DNA from: Cetorhinus maximus
Lineage: Eukaryota
Reading direction: 5' to 3'
NCBI RefSeq assembly: GCF_964194155.1
Contig: NC_135898.1
Coordinates: forward strand, 77,934,001-77,998,000
Length of the DNA stretch: 64,000 nucleotides
How positions within the stretch are numbered: position 1 is the stretch's first letter; each line of letters begins with the position of its first letter. This document shows, in pieces, positions 49,172-63,413 of the stretch. A program made the position numbers and the translations under genes. The notes beneath the pieces were generated by a model, which made no database searches, had not been told where the DNA came from, and was given only the letters and a program-made list of their open reading frames with translations.

Positions 49172-51011
49172 CTGGAAGATATTGGCCAGGTTTTGATATT
49201 ATTTGCAGGAAGTAAATCACAATGGAACGTAGCCCAAAGCAGCTATCATCGAGCATTCACATACTGGTACCATCAGGTGGTGGATCACTGGATAACCAGC
49301 AGGTAAAAGAAGAACTCCAGCCAAATTGTCACTCTAAATCACTGTACAAGCTGAAATCAGGTTGTCCACCCCTACTGGCGATTGGAACCTTGGCAGATGG
49401 CTCAGCTCCTTGCCACTTTAACCAACTGATTGATCAGAAGGACTCCACAGAAATGCCAAAAAATAAAAGCCCAAATCCATTTCCATACCATGTTAATTGT
49501 AATGGAGTCTGTGGTCGGAAATCTATTAACCCTCATAATATCACTTCCAAATTGTTGGCAACAGAAATCAAACAAATGGTACATGCCACGGAAGTGGAAA
49601 TGTCTACGGCAATTTTCACATTAATGCAAAAACTAAAATGTTTATACAGTGTGGTGGTGGTGTGGAAGGAAAAGCAGGAACACTATATTTATCGTCCCAT
49701 ATAAAAATGGTGAAACAAAGCTGTCTAACAATGATAAATGACGATAACGATTAGCTGCACAAACTTAATGGGAGAACCTGATGCGAGAATTTCTCAAGGT
49801 GGTCAGATCATGAGAACACTGAATAACCCATGCAATTATGAGGGTCAACTACTTGCTCCGAGCATTCCAGGCACTGCACAGGTAATATGTTCCAGTAGAG
49901 AACCACACAAAACAAGCGCAAGCAAAGTCTAAACCTGGGTTTTTTTTTCTATACACAAACCTCCCCTCAAATTATCTTGCCTTCCCAAAATTTCACTCCT
50001 CCTTTTACTGTTGTCTTAGTCATATTTTTGCTCTGATGCCTTGTGTGTTTAAAACTACTCCAAAATAGATCTTATAAAATAAACACAATGCCAAAATTTC
50101 ATTTGTCACCTTAAGAGCTGGCTAATTTGTTGGCAAAAACCATTCAGGGGTACAAGAGATATTATGATGAAGTACTAGCTAGATAGACTCTCTTTTTCCA
50201 GGTACTGTACTCCACCTTTATGATTGTTGCATCAAACTTGCAAAAGCAATTCTGGAGGACTCCCTACTGCTGTCTGGTGAATCAGATGAAAAAGGAGGAA
50301 TTTTCTAAGCAAGGCCATACTTTATTTAGCAGGTAAAGCCACCAGTGAACATTTAAAATGTCTATCACCATTGAATTTATGCCTTGATTGTGACCAGTGT
50401 TCTCATTATTTCACCAAAACATCAAGTTTATTATTGTTACAAATCACACTTGCCCCCAACCCCCTTCAAACAAAAACAAAGAATTCGCAGATACAGTTTT
50501 ATTTTCTTTTTCACTATAGGAAAACACATCTGTGCTGCAGACAATTTAGTACATGTACTCTGCATCAAAAATTGTACCACTTCAGGGTCAATTCCAATGC
50601 AAGTTACAAAAGCAAAATAATACACATACAAGTAATGCTGGATTCCTCAACTGGTAGTACAACCTAGTTCAAATTGTTACTTGAATCAGACTCCAAAATA
50701 ATCCTCCCAAAATTTGCTGCCAGCTATGGAGAGAGCTTCAATGGGCAAATCAATCCTTTGTTAACAAATGGGTGCTTTTAAAAAAAAAAGCACAGGACAG
50801 AATAGAACAGATTTCCTTTAAAAAAACAACTGTTTTCTGCCCCACTGTTTCTTGGTTTCTCTTTACCATTCACCATCAGCTGAGGGGTGACCCAATCCCA
50901 AGCATTTCTACAACGTCTACACTGACACATCCATTGGTAGTTAAATCCAAGTTAGTCACAGTTGATGAAGTTAAAAAATACAAGAAATGAAAGCTTTTGC
51001 TTCATACTCAC

Positions 51012-51055
51012 CAATCAAACACGGTCAAGCTTATTCTTTCACACATAGATGGAAA
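51012..51055 (-). CDS. MYOF: MYOF exon ~15, FPSMCERISLTVFD(W)
   Basis: 44 nt, tgcag|...|gtgagt, phase 0 to 2. Confidence 0.93.
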
Positions 51056-52574
51056 CTGCAGAAGGGAGAGAAAAATTAGCCCTTATTTTAGAGCGATGGT
51101 TTATTTAATATTGCAATGTAAAAACTTAGAAGAGCGACAAGATTGAATTTAGTCAGTTTTCAGCGTTGCCAGATTTCGTTATTTACCAGGTAACTAGTTA
51201 AGCAAATATTTCTTGTGAAACCACATTGTATTCTGTCATATGCCCAACTGATTATGATCCCAGTTACTTACTGAAGAATCAAGCCACATGACTAACATCA
51301 TACCGGGCATTTAAAGCCTTAGGCAATCTACTGTACTGGACAATTTCTCACTCATCCCTAGTGGTTCGATATTAAACGTACATTTTCCCAAAAAGCTGTA
51401 AAGTTTCCTTTTGCTTCCTCCTCACCTCAAAACATTTTAGAAGTTTAACTTATGTTTTAGCAATCCACAACAGAATCCATATCTCATGTCTTATGTAAGC
51501 ATGCACTTTTGGTCTGACGAAACTACCACCTGATGACATAAAAGCATGTTTAAAAATGATGTTCAACATTGAAAGGGTCTAAGTAAACAGTTATAATTGA
51601 AATCATGTCCATGAACAGGTCTAGCTAATTTAGTTAACTGCAGTTACAGGTGTCATTATTGGTAGGCACTCTGCAGCAAGTTTCAGTTTCTCAAAAACTT
51701 AACTGACTTAATGTTTGTGTCCCTCTTTCCCAAACCAATTAAGTTACTTGATTTAACCTTTTAATGTTCTTCCGTTTCATTGAGAATTTCTTCCTTCCGT
51801 TTTGGCTTTACCTCTCTTTTTTCCTTCCTCCTTTTCTCATCAGGACCTCCATCCCCATTTCTGCCACTAGCCTCTGCCCTAGCAGCAGCTCTTTCAACAC
51901 TGTCCATGGCCCAACCGCACTCTTCTGGCACAATAGTTCACCACTGGCTCTATTCAGCTATCAAATATACAGCCTACAATTTTTTTGGCACTCATGGACT
52001 GACTTTCTTTCAGCATGACCATCACCCACCTGATCTAGTTCCCATTTGCTCAATTATCTTGAGCCTCCAACTCTATTTCCTTCTGTCCATCCTGTCCCAC
52101 TGGCTTCTTGTTACCAAATGCCTCCCTCGATTACAATGCCTTTCTTCCAGCTTTGACCCAAACCTGTCACTTGTTTCCATCATTAAAACTCTTCCTGAGA
52201 CTCTGCGATGTTTAAAGTTAATTACTCTTATTTTAGAATCTTTTAGTAACTTCAGAGGTTCATGATAATTGATTCCCTACGAACCATATTTTTAAAGTCA
52301 GTTTTATTCTGCTGAAGTAGTAAGATCAACGTAATGTTTCAGAATTTCAGACCGTGTTTGCACAGGGGAACATGCTTTAATGTATATTAAAAGCTATTAT
52401 TTAAACTGCACTTTCAAGAGGTTCAAGTTCTCAATAAGCAAGGCTTGATCAGATCAGCTGGGGAGTCTAAACCAGTGCACTATAAGCAATGAAAGATAGC
52501 TTGACATTACAGTCACCATTGGCATTCATTGCTGCTGGAACAACTCATTAATTTGAACTTGGCAGGGGCCATTA

Positions 52575-52730
52575 GGAACAGGACTCAGGAGCAGTAGGCG
52601 GCCATTCAGCCCTTGGAGCCTGCACACACATTCAATAAGATAAATCAGCTGATCTGGTTGTGGTCTTGACTCTGCTTTGCCACCTGCAACCCCATAATCC
52701 TTGCCTCCCCTGTCTACCAAAAATCTATAA
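52575..52730 (-). mobile_element. CR1 3' tail fragment
   Basis: aggagcagtaggcggccattcagccc, the reverse complement of the CR1 tail. Confidence 0.7.
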
Positions 52731-55197
52731 CTCTTAACAAGTTAGGGGTAGTCGTCTTTTTTTTTTCTAAAAGAAATTACTAAAGCAAAAACCAACTTGC
52801 AAAAGCTAGGAGCAGTAAGACAAAAAAAAATTGAGGGAAGGATAATGTACAGGAGAAGGAAGTTACAAAACTAGCTTCAATTCACTCACTGAAGTGGGAA
52901 TGCATAGCATGCTTCATATATTATGCACATTGATAGAAGTACCTAATCAGAAGTGCTCTATGTTGGGATGTGAAATTAAACAGTTTAGCGATTCACATCA
53001 TGTCACATTCTGTTTGTGTGGTCTACATTTGGCAAGAAGGAAGATTCATCTGAAAGATGGGTCATCCATTTCAGGTCAAAAAAGGGTAGCATGATAGTTA
53101 CACTCCCAGGTAACAACTATTGCACATGTAAATACAGGGCAATGCAGTCAACTAGAAAAGGATGCTCGTCAGAATTACTGATACCACTGAACTCGAGAAG
53201 GCATCAATAGCAGGTTCAAATTTATAATAGCAATATAGATTACTTAACCAGGTTTTAAAAATTCAAAAAGGACATAAAATTAGAAAAAACAGACACTATG
53301 CAAGAGTGCGTTTAATACACAATGTTCTTTTTATAATGAAAGCCCATATGACTCACTCAACACCAACTTAATAAACACCACCACTGGAACACTTGCTACT
53401 TATACAACATCTCAAGACTGAAAATAGCACATTGAAAACAGAGGAACTGCCCCCTAAACTGCTTAAAGATGGTCATATACACCTGTCAGAACCATGGGAC
53501 CCTCAAAACTAAATCAGTGATGTTTAAAACTTTACTCCAAACTGAAAAATGGTTAGACTCCATCTCCCAAAGAGTCCCCAGCAAAAATGGCAACATGAGG
53601 AATAGGAATAATTATATGTTAGTACAGTGTTGAAGCACACTGAAGGACTGCAACAATTTTAAAATACCACTTTAGGGAGAACTCATGCTAATTTGTTAAA
53701 TTAAAATATTTCAAAAAACATCGCCATGATTTTGGGCTGGATGTTAAATTTCTTGCTTCTGAATAGCTGAGAACTATTTTGTTATTTGATGCCAAGTGGG
53801 CAATGATCATTTAACATTGGAGTGTTGATTTATATTTGGAAACATATTTGCTGCGTTGAAGAAAACAAAATTCCTTTAAAGGTGTTAACAATCCTCTTTC
53901 ATCTTTACGCATACAAGGCCCTACATAACACCCAGACTTTAAGTTGGTGAAAAACAGAATGATGTGACCGTAAGTCAACTATTTGACTTAGGTGATGAGT
54001 GCAGAGCTAGAGAACAAGTTCAAATTTAGTCCTTAAGGTGAGACTAGAAATTAAAATGATGTTCCCACTGCCTTTTAGTCATGTTTGAACTCAACTCTGG
54101 GAAAGGCCAAGCGGTGCTGTGTTAATTAGCATCTTCAGAAGATGATGTTTGGGGAGATCGCAGAGAGGTTCATGGTGCCATAGCACTGATAGAAGTAGGG
54201 TGGATTGTGGTGGAGCTTCTGGCTGCCACTGTCCTACTGTGGAACACATGTCAAACTATAGGAATGGGATATTTAAATGTTGTGCAGTGGGCCCTTGTGT
54301 TCTCAAACAATGCGCCAGAGTAGTGGTGGTAAAGAAACAGGGAAAGAATGTCAACTGCACATTTCACCAATTTTCATGCAAAAATAATTTTTTAAAAAAC
54401 TTCCATCTGCACACACTGAGCAGCACCACTTGAATTTGCAATCAAATCTGTTACATTCGTCAATTGTTTACACTATAAAATGTCTATTTGCACATCTACA
54501 ATGGACACTGCCCTTGTAATCACACCAATCACATCTTCCTGCCATGCTGATGTTGCGGCACTTCCATGAGTTGGGGTTGGGGGCATTGATTAAAATTGTA
54601 ACAAGTTTACATTGGCAGTTTATTACAAATTGGGACGTAGAAAGTTAGGTTCATGAAAAAGTAAGGATCAAATGCATTATGTCAAATGTCAATTAAATTT
54701 CCTTAGTATGATTAATCATCCTCTATGCTCTAATGACATTTCCCCTTAATACTACTGGACTCCCATGTTCAAAACTACAGGAGTTAAATTATTAAAAATG
54801 TCATATGCGCACATTTGTTTAATTGCCTTCCTTGTCATGTGTGCACTACACTTATGTCAACATTTAACATTAAACTGCCCATGTAAACCTTGACCAAATA
54901 TTCCTTGTTTCAGGCCTAGGTCACTTGGTGATTCTGTGACACATTTCTCAACAATGCCTAGCTACTCCACCAATCATGTTGTTTCTCAGCCAGTCTACAC
55001 AAAACATCTTACAGACAAAAGGTAAGCATTAGACTAATACAACAAAAAGAATATAGCTCTGAATGGGCTGTAAAATACATGGTTATGGCAGGAGATACTC
55101 CTCTGAATCATGACTAATGACATGACATCTACTAGCATATCAAAAACAATAACTACAGTTAATAAAACATTAACTACAGTTGATAAGCAGATCGTAC

Positions 55198-55266
55198 CTT
55201 GACCTGAAGGTTGATTGTTTGATTCCACTCAGGGTTTGCATTTTTTTCTATGATCTTTGTACAAAG
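55198..55266 (-). CDS. MYOF: MYOF exon ~14, LCTKIIEKNANPEWNQTINLQVK
   Basis: 69 nt, phase 0 to 0; follows a 100-nt intron. Confidence 0.95.
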
Positions 55267-55366
55267 CTAGAACAGAACAGAGTCAGTGTTACTCATGCAG
55301 GGCAACGGGTAGGAAACTTGAATTCCATGCCGAAATCACAGGACATGGGCACAACCAGGTGCTCAC

Positions 55367-55470
55367 CTTTTTCCCAGCAAAGCCAACTTCCACATATGGG
55401 TCCACGAGGTTTTTCTTATCAGCCCCTGCTCCAAATATTGACTTAACAGTTTCCGCAAAGGCATCATCCA
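55367..55470 (-). CDS. MYOF: MYOF exon ~13, (M)DDAFAETVKSIFGAGADKKNLVDPYVEVGFAGKK
   Basis: 104 nt, phase 1 to 0; inside track ORF 55289..55495. Confidence 0.95.
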
Positions 55471-56674
55471 CTAAATTGTAAAGGAACAAGAACATTGGCC
55501 TGATGACACCTTTGTTGTGAATGTTTACATTAATCTCAGCAGTTAAAGAAAGCCAGAAATAATTTTAATTGACAAATGTACATCTAAAAGACAAAAACAA
55601 ACACCACACAACCTAGTTCAAAATGCTGTTAAATGTGCTGCAATAGTTATATGCACTAAAATAGACCTTTAACACAATTACACATCCCAAAAGTTCATAT
55701 GACCAAACCGGAATAAGAGAAGAGGAGAAAAGTAATGAAAACGGTCAAAAGCAGTATGGAAGAGGAAGTCTTTTTGCGGGCGGAAACATAGCAAGGCAGA
55801 ATGATTGGGAAAGAAAATTGTTGAAGGGTGGTGCAAGGTGGCTGAAGGCTTCACTGCTGACCAAGGTGGAGAAAGGGAAAAACAGCCACTGGAGCAGAAT
55901 TGACAATAGAAATGTGCACAGTGCAGTTCTGTACGAGTTGAAGCTGACAGCAAGTTGTGCTCAGGAGGATGTTGAGCATCGGAAGAAGTTGAACTTGGCC
56001 AACATTTCACCAGTGACTGGGGTAAGGCAGAAATGATAACATTTCAGATGGACGTTGATAATTTAAAAGGTTCAGCTCAGGATAGAAGCAAACAGCATGG
56101 CTCTGCTCCATGGAGTGACATCTACCACACAATGTTTCTGACATGAGCAAAACAGAGTACCTTCTACTTTACCAACATTAGGCTGAAGATTGTGGCTCAT
56201 CCAGACAGAAGCTGGTGGGTAGCACAACCAGAGTCAGGGAGCAAGCAAGAGGAAAGTTGGGCATCAGCTAAACCGATGTTTACAGATAATGTCACCAAGC
56301 AGTAACACACAAAAAAGGAAGGGTCCAACAATGGAACCCTGGGGCACACAGATAACAGAGCAAGCATGGGAAGCCTCAGTGCAGGGGATGGACTGTTAAC
56401 ATTAGGACAAACAAAAACAGAACTATAGGAGGATAGTGCCAGAGTTTAAGCACAAGGAGGATGACAGCTGATTAACAAGAGAATGAGGAAGAATTAGGGA
56501 CAGAAGATAACACAGCATTACAATTACACCAGGATTATATGTGCATCTTTGACCAGGTCTCCTGCTGGTCAGGCATGATACTGCAACTTAAGTAGGATTT
56601 TGCTTGCTGCAATTTTTTTCAAAATTAGCTTCTGAAATTACCACAATCTTCTCTTCATCAGAAATGCAACTTAC

Positions 56675-56801
56675 TCTGTGGAATATCCTCTGCTCTGTAA
56701 ACCTTCAAAAGGAAGGTCACCCATCGAAGTGTGAGCCCTGCAGGGAGCAGCAGGTTGCTTTCAACATCATCATGCTCTTCATTTGCCTCTTTTTTTTCAA
56801 C
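56675..56801 (-). CDS. MYOF: MYOF exon ~12, VEKKEANEEHDDVESNLLLPAGLTLRWVTFLLKVYRAEDIPQ(M)
   Basis: 127 nt, phase 0 to 1, donor gtaagt; FerI/C2C start motif. Confidence 0.95.
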
Positions 56802-58072
56802 CTATTGGACAGGTATGATTAAAAGGTTGATGTGTTAATAGATAGTGACTGCAGTGAATCACGGTATCACTTAGCTGTTTCTGCCTCTCACCAACTACTT
56901 AAACCATCCAATAATGTCAGAAGCTTTGGCAGAGGGGTGTCTGGTCATGACACCCACATCACTATTGGCTCTGGGTATTCAATGATAGTTTAGCAGTTCA
57001 GAGCCTACCTTCCCTCACCTCTCAGCTTGATGTTCGTTCTATTGGATCATGTCACAGAACCAAGACCAGAGTGCCCTTTCCACTCCTGCACTAGGTCAAG
57101 GACTGCGATCAAGCTGAAGTGGTTATCCATTAGGACCCAGGTATTTATGTGAAACAATGGAGTCAGATGCCCTCCTACTTTCCCATTAATAGCATAGATT
57201 ACTTCTCAAGATGTGCAATGCATTAGTGATGCATTTTTCAAAACCTAGTGCGTACCCAGGTGGCCTGGGAACAAGAGCACATGGTGTCCACCTACTCACT
57301 TGAAGCTTTCTGTGATCATTGATCACTGTTGGGCACCATCTCAAACACTGAAAAAATGTTGAATTTCAGTAAAGTCATGTAATTTTACTTTGATTCATCA
57401 CTTACATTAGTGGCATCCTCCTTCTGAGGGGCACCTGTGGCATTTGTCCTGGTGAAACTGGGCTCATGGCCAGTGCCACTTGATTGACCCAAACCAAAGC
57501 CATCCTTTCTACCACACTTAGGGGCACCCAATAACAAATGCCACTGGCTATTCCATTATTCAAAATGGCGAATGAAGCACACCCGAAAGAGGCAATGACA
57601 CCACAATATTAAGCAAGAATGAGTCCTACAATTCTTCCACATATACTTGAATAAATATTTGATGACCATCCTTTCTAAAGCTATTTAACACATCAGGGGT
57701 TTGAAGTTTTATTCAGTTTTTTGCAAACATCCATCTTTCAGCACTTCTCTATATGCAATAAACTATATAGGAATTCCATAATTAGAACCACAAGCACTCA
57801 AAATTGTAGCATTAACCTTGCACATGTATGGATCTTTCTGCACTGACACCTCTTAATATTGAATAAAGAGATTATTTTGTCGTTAGCATCTTTCTCCCAC
57901 TGCCTGCATCCAAAATACCAAAAAGGACCATTTTGGCAAGATTGTTCAAAAAATTTGCCACTTGTCAGTTTGGATTTCAAACAGTGAAAAACTTTGTTTC
58001 CTGAAGAAAACAAACTATTTCCACCAATTTCCCCAAATCTCTATGCCCCACTAACTATTCGCCAGATAGGAC

Positions 58073-59065
58073 TGTTACAACCAGGCGAGGGGTTGAATGG
58101 CTCTCTCTTTGTCCTCTCCTAGTTTGACCGCAAGAGGTTTTCTGTTTTAAGAGGATATACTTGCCAAGCCAGTGAGTACTTAACTGTTTACACACCAATC
58201 AGAAAAGAACCAATAGGACAGGTTTTTGAGAGTTTAAGAAAAAGAGGTTAGTTTATTAAAATACACTCCAACTTTACACACACTACACTGGGGAAGGATA
58301 GGTTGGCCAAATTAGAATCCATAAAAAAATGTTTTAAAAAGTAGTTTGGTGACTGGGCTGGCTTAAGGCTCAATTTGGTGATTTCAATGCTTCTAATTTA
58401 GAAATGTAGCCAACTGAGTTGGTGTTCTTTGGGATACGATCGTGCTGGGTTGGATTCTTTTACGAAATCTGTGGCTGCAACAGGGCATCCCTGTGTGATC
58501 ACAGGGCTCTAAGCTTACCAGGTGTTGGAGAAAGGAGAAGGCAGGAGGGACCCCACTTAGGACTTCTACCTCAGCTGCTTGTCCTCAGTTCTGTTAAGAA
58601 AACATGTGCTTAAAACAAAAGGGATGGTTTGTCATGTGACCTTCCTTCGCCAATTGCCAGGGAGATTAAAAAATAGACATCATCCATGTATTCCAATGGT
58701 GATTTGATTAGTTCACGTCTGGAAGACAACTTAACCAGAGTCCCGTTATCCAAGTGATTAGTCTTATTGGCCTGTCTCCAAAAGTTGAATACCTCAGGTG
58801 GTTGCTACGAATATCTTGCGAATGATGCGATTCCTTCACACTCCCCTGAAGTAATTGTCTTTGACGGGTTTGGCAGACAAACTGACTGCACTCCAATGAG
58901 TTGCAATGGGGAATGTACAGTAATGCAAATTTGGGGTTAGCCATCTTGGGCTCAGTTCAATTCACTTTAGTCTGTCTCTTTAAAAAGTCTGGTTTTAAAA
59001 GTTCAGTTCAGGTTTCCAGCCGGTGGATTAAAAATCATTATTTGGCATAAAGCAGAGTCATGACA
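58073..59065. mobile_element. Solo LTR (993 bp), Gypsy-like termini
   Basis: TGTTACAAC...GTCATGACA imperfect inverted ends; flanks ggac/gggc (4-bp TSD with 1 mismatch); non-coding. Confidence 0.6.
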
Positions 59066-59460
59066 GGGCCAACTTAATTCAAAATAGCCTGTTTGTCATC
59101 CATTTTCAATCAAGGCTCATGCTCATTGTTGGGGTCACAATGATGTTTTCCTTGATGCATTTTTTTTGGGGGGGGGGGGGGGGAAAGAGAGAGGAGGCCA
59201 AACTGTCACATTCTCATTAGCATTTGCAACAATACAAAAACACCTTGCAAAACACTTCAGTAGCGATTCCCTAAGTATCACAGGTTACATTATGAATGCA
59301 AATACGTGCAGGAGACCTAAACACTGCAGACATCTCATCAGTGGCAAAGGGATTTAGTTAAACCACTCCAAGAGCAAGGGTAAATTGATACATCACTTCG
59401 GGGGGGGAGGGGGCAACCCTTATTCTTGCTTCAAATGCACACATCAGAAAAAATAATTAC

Positions 59461-59576
59461 CGGAGGATCATCGCCTGTCGCCAAGACGAATAAGCTGACT
59501 TTCATGTATCCCTTGGACCCTGTGCTTGTGTCTTCAAGATCATGAAGCAGGAGCCATTTCCTTAGAATAGCATGTC
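59461..59576 (-). CDS. MYOF: MYOF exon ~11, (G)HAILRKWLLLHDLEDTSTGSKGYMKVSLFVLATGDDPP
   Basis: 116 nt, phase 1 to 0, atag|...|gtaatt. Confidence 0.93.
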
Positions 59577-59929
59577 CTATGGGGCAGTGAAAAATTCAGC
59601 TTAAATGGACTTGCCCAACACCAGCAACACTAAACTGCCTGGCAATAGGAACTTAAAGCAGAAGTAATGTGGGGACCATTTACCATTATGTATCTTTTAA
59701 TCGAGTAGACATCCTATCACCACAACCAGATCACAGGTAGATTGGACCAATAATTGATTTGCAAATGAGCAATGGGAGGCCTTCATTGTGGAGAAGGTTC
59801 TTGAACAAACTGAACACATTCCATTAAAGGGAAAACTAGATTTTCCTGGATATAGAAATTAAAATGAAACAAAGTGGTTGTGATAAACATTAGGTCCATA
59901 GTTCAGTGGAGGACCAAGCTGAATTCAAC

Positions 59930-60950
59930 CAAGTACAGAGGAAAACTGAACAAGGGAATTAGATCGTGTATGAGAATAGATTAATAGATAATTTGAAAAT
60001 TAGTAAAAGTGCGGTCAAAGGAAGGATGTGACAGATTGGAGACCAAAAAGGAGACCTTCGAGTGGAGGCAGGGGGCATGGCAGAGGTGCTAAAAGGTAAA
60101 GAGGAAGTATATAAAAGATTGGTAGTGCTCAGAGCAAAAATGATGGGATGTATACTAGGGTGTTGAGGAAAGCACGATGAAACTTGCAGAGACTCTGACC
60201 ACAATCTTCTAATGCTTCTTATAGATAGGAGTGGTGCCAGGGGACTTGAGGATTTCAAATGTTACACGCCTGCTCATTTGTTAAAAACAAATTTGTGTTT
60301 GACTGACTTGAGGACTTTGAAGTCATATAATTGATGTTGGCTGGGATTTTCCAGCCGTGCCGGGACCTGCCACAGGGGATGCAGCAGCCTTTTGGCAGGA
60401 GCGGAAGATTCTGGCAGCGGACGGGGCCAGAAAAATCCTGGCCATGTGTAATGGATTTTTATAAGACATTTGATAAAGCACATGTAAGACTACGTAAGGT
60501 TAGCAAAATTAAAGCAGGGCAGTGACTGTATGGATATAAAATTTGCTCAGAGCCAGGAAGTTGGTGAGCAGCTGTTTTTCAGGCTGGAGGGAAGTGGTGT
60601 ACCAAAGGGCTGTGTTTGGACCATTACTCTATGATGTATATTAAGAAACTGGACATGAGTATACAGAATTCAAAGTTTGCAGATGATTAACTCAAATGTG
60701 AAAGAAACGGTAAGAAGGATAGCAACTGTCCTGTCCTATGGACACAGACTGGTGAAACAGCCAAACGAAAGAAAGATGAAATTTAATGCAGAAGTGTGAA
60801 GTGACTCATGTTGCTAAGGAGAATTAGCAGAGGCATTATAAACTAAGTGGTACAATTTTAAAGGGGGAACAGAATGGACAGAGAGATCTGGGGTGTGTTC
60901 ATGCACAGGACAAGTTAAAATGGCTGATTCCTTGGATTTAAAATTGAGGT

Positions 60951-60982
<32 letters not shown>

Positions 60983-61540
60983 AAAAATAGGAAGCTATGC
61001 TAAACATTTATAAATCACTGGTTAACCCCCAGCTGAATACTGTAGCCAATACTGAGCTACACACTTTTAGGAATGATGCTAAGACCTCGGAGAGGGTGCT
61101 GTGGAGATTTACTGGAATGGTATGAAAGATGCAAGACTTCAGCCATGCAGGGGGATTAGAGACTGGGGTTGCTGTTCTTAGAGCAGAGACAGTTAAGGGA
61201 GATTTGAGAGAGGCGTTCAAAATCACATACTCTTATCAAAACTCATGACGAGAAACTACTTCCAGTGACAACCAAAAAGGACAAAAGATTTACATTGATC
61301 AGCAAAAGAACCGGAAAAAAAAATTGTTTTAAAAAAACACAGCGAGTGGTGATGATCTGAAATGCTTGACTGAAAGGCAACGGAAGGAGATTCAACAACA
61401 ACTTTCAAACAGGGACTGGACAAACACGAGAATAAGGAAATGGTTGGCCAGTGGAACTATTTGGCTAGATCTATCAAAGTTGGCATAGGCATGCTGGGTT
61501 GAATTACCTCTTTCAGTGCTGCATCATTGTAAGATTACAA
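59930..61540 (+). mobile_element. Highly degenerate CR1 LINE containing a small TIR insert (60339-60443) and a (GA)n tract (60951-60978)
   Basis: MDFYKTFDK remnant, aagtttgcagatga (KFADD), gagatttgagagagg and CR1-like tail. Confidence 0.72.
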
Positions 61541-61644
61541 AAGCAAGAGAAATTTTCATCCACTGGCATTACTTGAAATTTAGATTTTGTATAATATTTG
61601 TTAAGTGCTGGTAAATTCCTCACTGCCTCAATAAAGGCCTCTAA

Positions 61645-61961
61645 GTTTTTTTAAAATTCATTCATGGGACGTGGGTGTCACTGGCTAGGCCAGCATTTAT
61701 TACTCATTCCTAATTGCCCTTGTTCAATTGACCCATTGCTGTGGGTCTGGATTAGCATATAGGTCAGACCAGGTAAGGACAGCAGATTTCCTTCCCGAAA
61801 GGACATCAGTGAATCAGATGGGTTTTTAACTACATTCCAGATTTTTATTGAATTCAAATTTCACCATTCTGTGGTGGGATTTGAACCCAGGCCCCCAGAG
61901 CATTACCCTGAGTTTCTGGAATACTAGTCCAGTGACAATACCACTATGCCTCCATCTTCCC
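61645..61961 (-). mobile_element. HE1-like SINE
   Basis: Reverse complement of 17557-17886 with A and B boxes. Confidence 0.88.
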
Positions 61962-63413
61962 TGAAGTTGTACAGTAATGGAAAACTTTAATCCCTCTATT
62001 TTGATGTTTTAACCAAAAGCGAAAGGCTCCATTGAAAACTATTTAAAGCAACCTGTTACTTGGTTGAGAATGCTCAAGAGCTCCATGCAGTCTGGCTCTT
62101 GTTTAGATGAATACATTTTGAATTAAGAAATGCTTCTTCTGGTTTTTCACAACATGCTTGTAAAGTGGAACCTCCATTGACCACTAGACATAGTCAGTCA
62201 GTCAGACTTGTCTAGAATGGCCATACATTTATGCATCTCTCCATCCATCCAGTGTATATTATGGGCACTGATAACCTGAATGCTAGCTCTCCTCTGAAGG
62301 GGAATGTGTGCAACCCCAGTGGAAAGAACAGCTCCCTAGAATGGTAACTGGGGCATATGCTGTTCATTAACACTGGACTATATTGAACCTTGGGGCAGGT
62401 TCAGTTTATTTTGCTGGGGGAAATCCTAGTTAAAGTAGCCTCTTTTGAACTACTGGCAATTCAGTCAGTCCCATGGGAGATGAACACAGCTCCCATTATA
62501 AAAGTCACTCATGGCTATGAACATTGGACAGTTACAAGTCAGCCATGCATCCAAGCGAAAGCCTTGTATCAAAGACATGCAGCAAGCTGTACCCATCATG
62601 TTGCATCCTTCAATTCAGTGCAAAAGTGCCAGTCAAGAAAAAAAAAAACAACTTTCATCTTGTTGGTCCAAATCATGATTTCTTCCCCTCAGGCACCAAA
62701 GTATACTAGTATCTATCTAATTGGTCATTAATCATGTGTGAAGCCAAATTTTAGCACAGTCCTAACCAAATTGCCTTTAATTTCCCAGCTGTGCACTGCC
62801 CATTAGCTGCCATACACATCTTAAAGGGACCACTGCTTGCTCGTGGTCTGGCAACAGTGCAGCTTAGAGGGACCATTGGTCTCAACTGATTCAAGCGTAC
62901 TATTCAATTAAAAAAGGAGCACAACAGTGGAGCCCTGCCAGTATACATATTTCTAGTATGAATTACTGGATAGCAAATAAAGTTGAAACAACAGACAGTT
63001 TCCTCTTCCCTATTTCAGGAGGCCCCCTCCACACAAAAGAACAATAAGCCTCTATCGATGCCGAACTATAATCAATTAACACAGCAGAGACCAGGGTCAG
63101 TTCTTCCCACTCTGTTCAATGTGTTCATTGACTGACTGGATTGACTCACTTAGCTGCTGATGGTTAATATTTCTCTGTTCAAGAAAAAAAAAGAGGAAAC
63201 AGGAATGACATCACTGGAGGAGGATATGACATTTCCCACAAGCATTGGGAAACAAGATGTAACTGCATAGAAATTACAGTAGCAGCACACTGAGCTTCAA
63301 CAGGAAAGGGGCCTGACAAATAGAATAACTCTCCCTACAAATGTCTAGCAATTTTGGGAAAGGGGAAGAAAGCATATTTTCCTTGCAAAATAAGGAAAAA
63401 TAATGTTACCCAC

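Noticed and set aside
49222-49704. 160-aa plus-strand ORF
   Set aside because: No recognisable domain; antisense in a MYOF intron; consistent with chance.
55149-55182. Short direct repeat taactacagtt x2 (similar case at 7417-7458)
   Set aside because: Ordinary local slippage duplications, not CRISPR-like or regulatory arrays.
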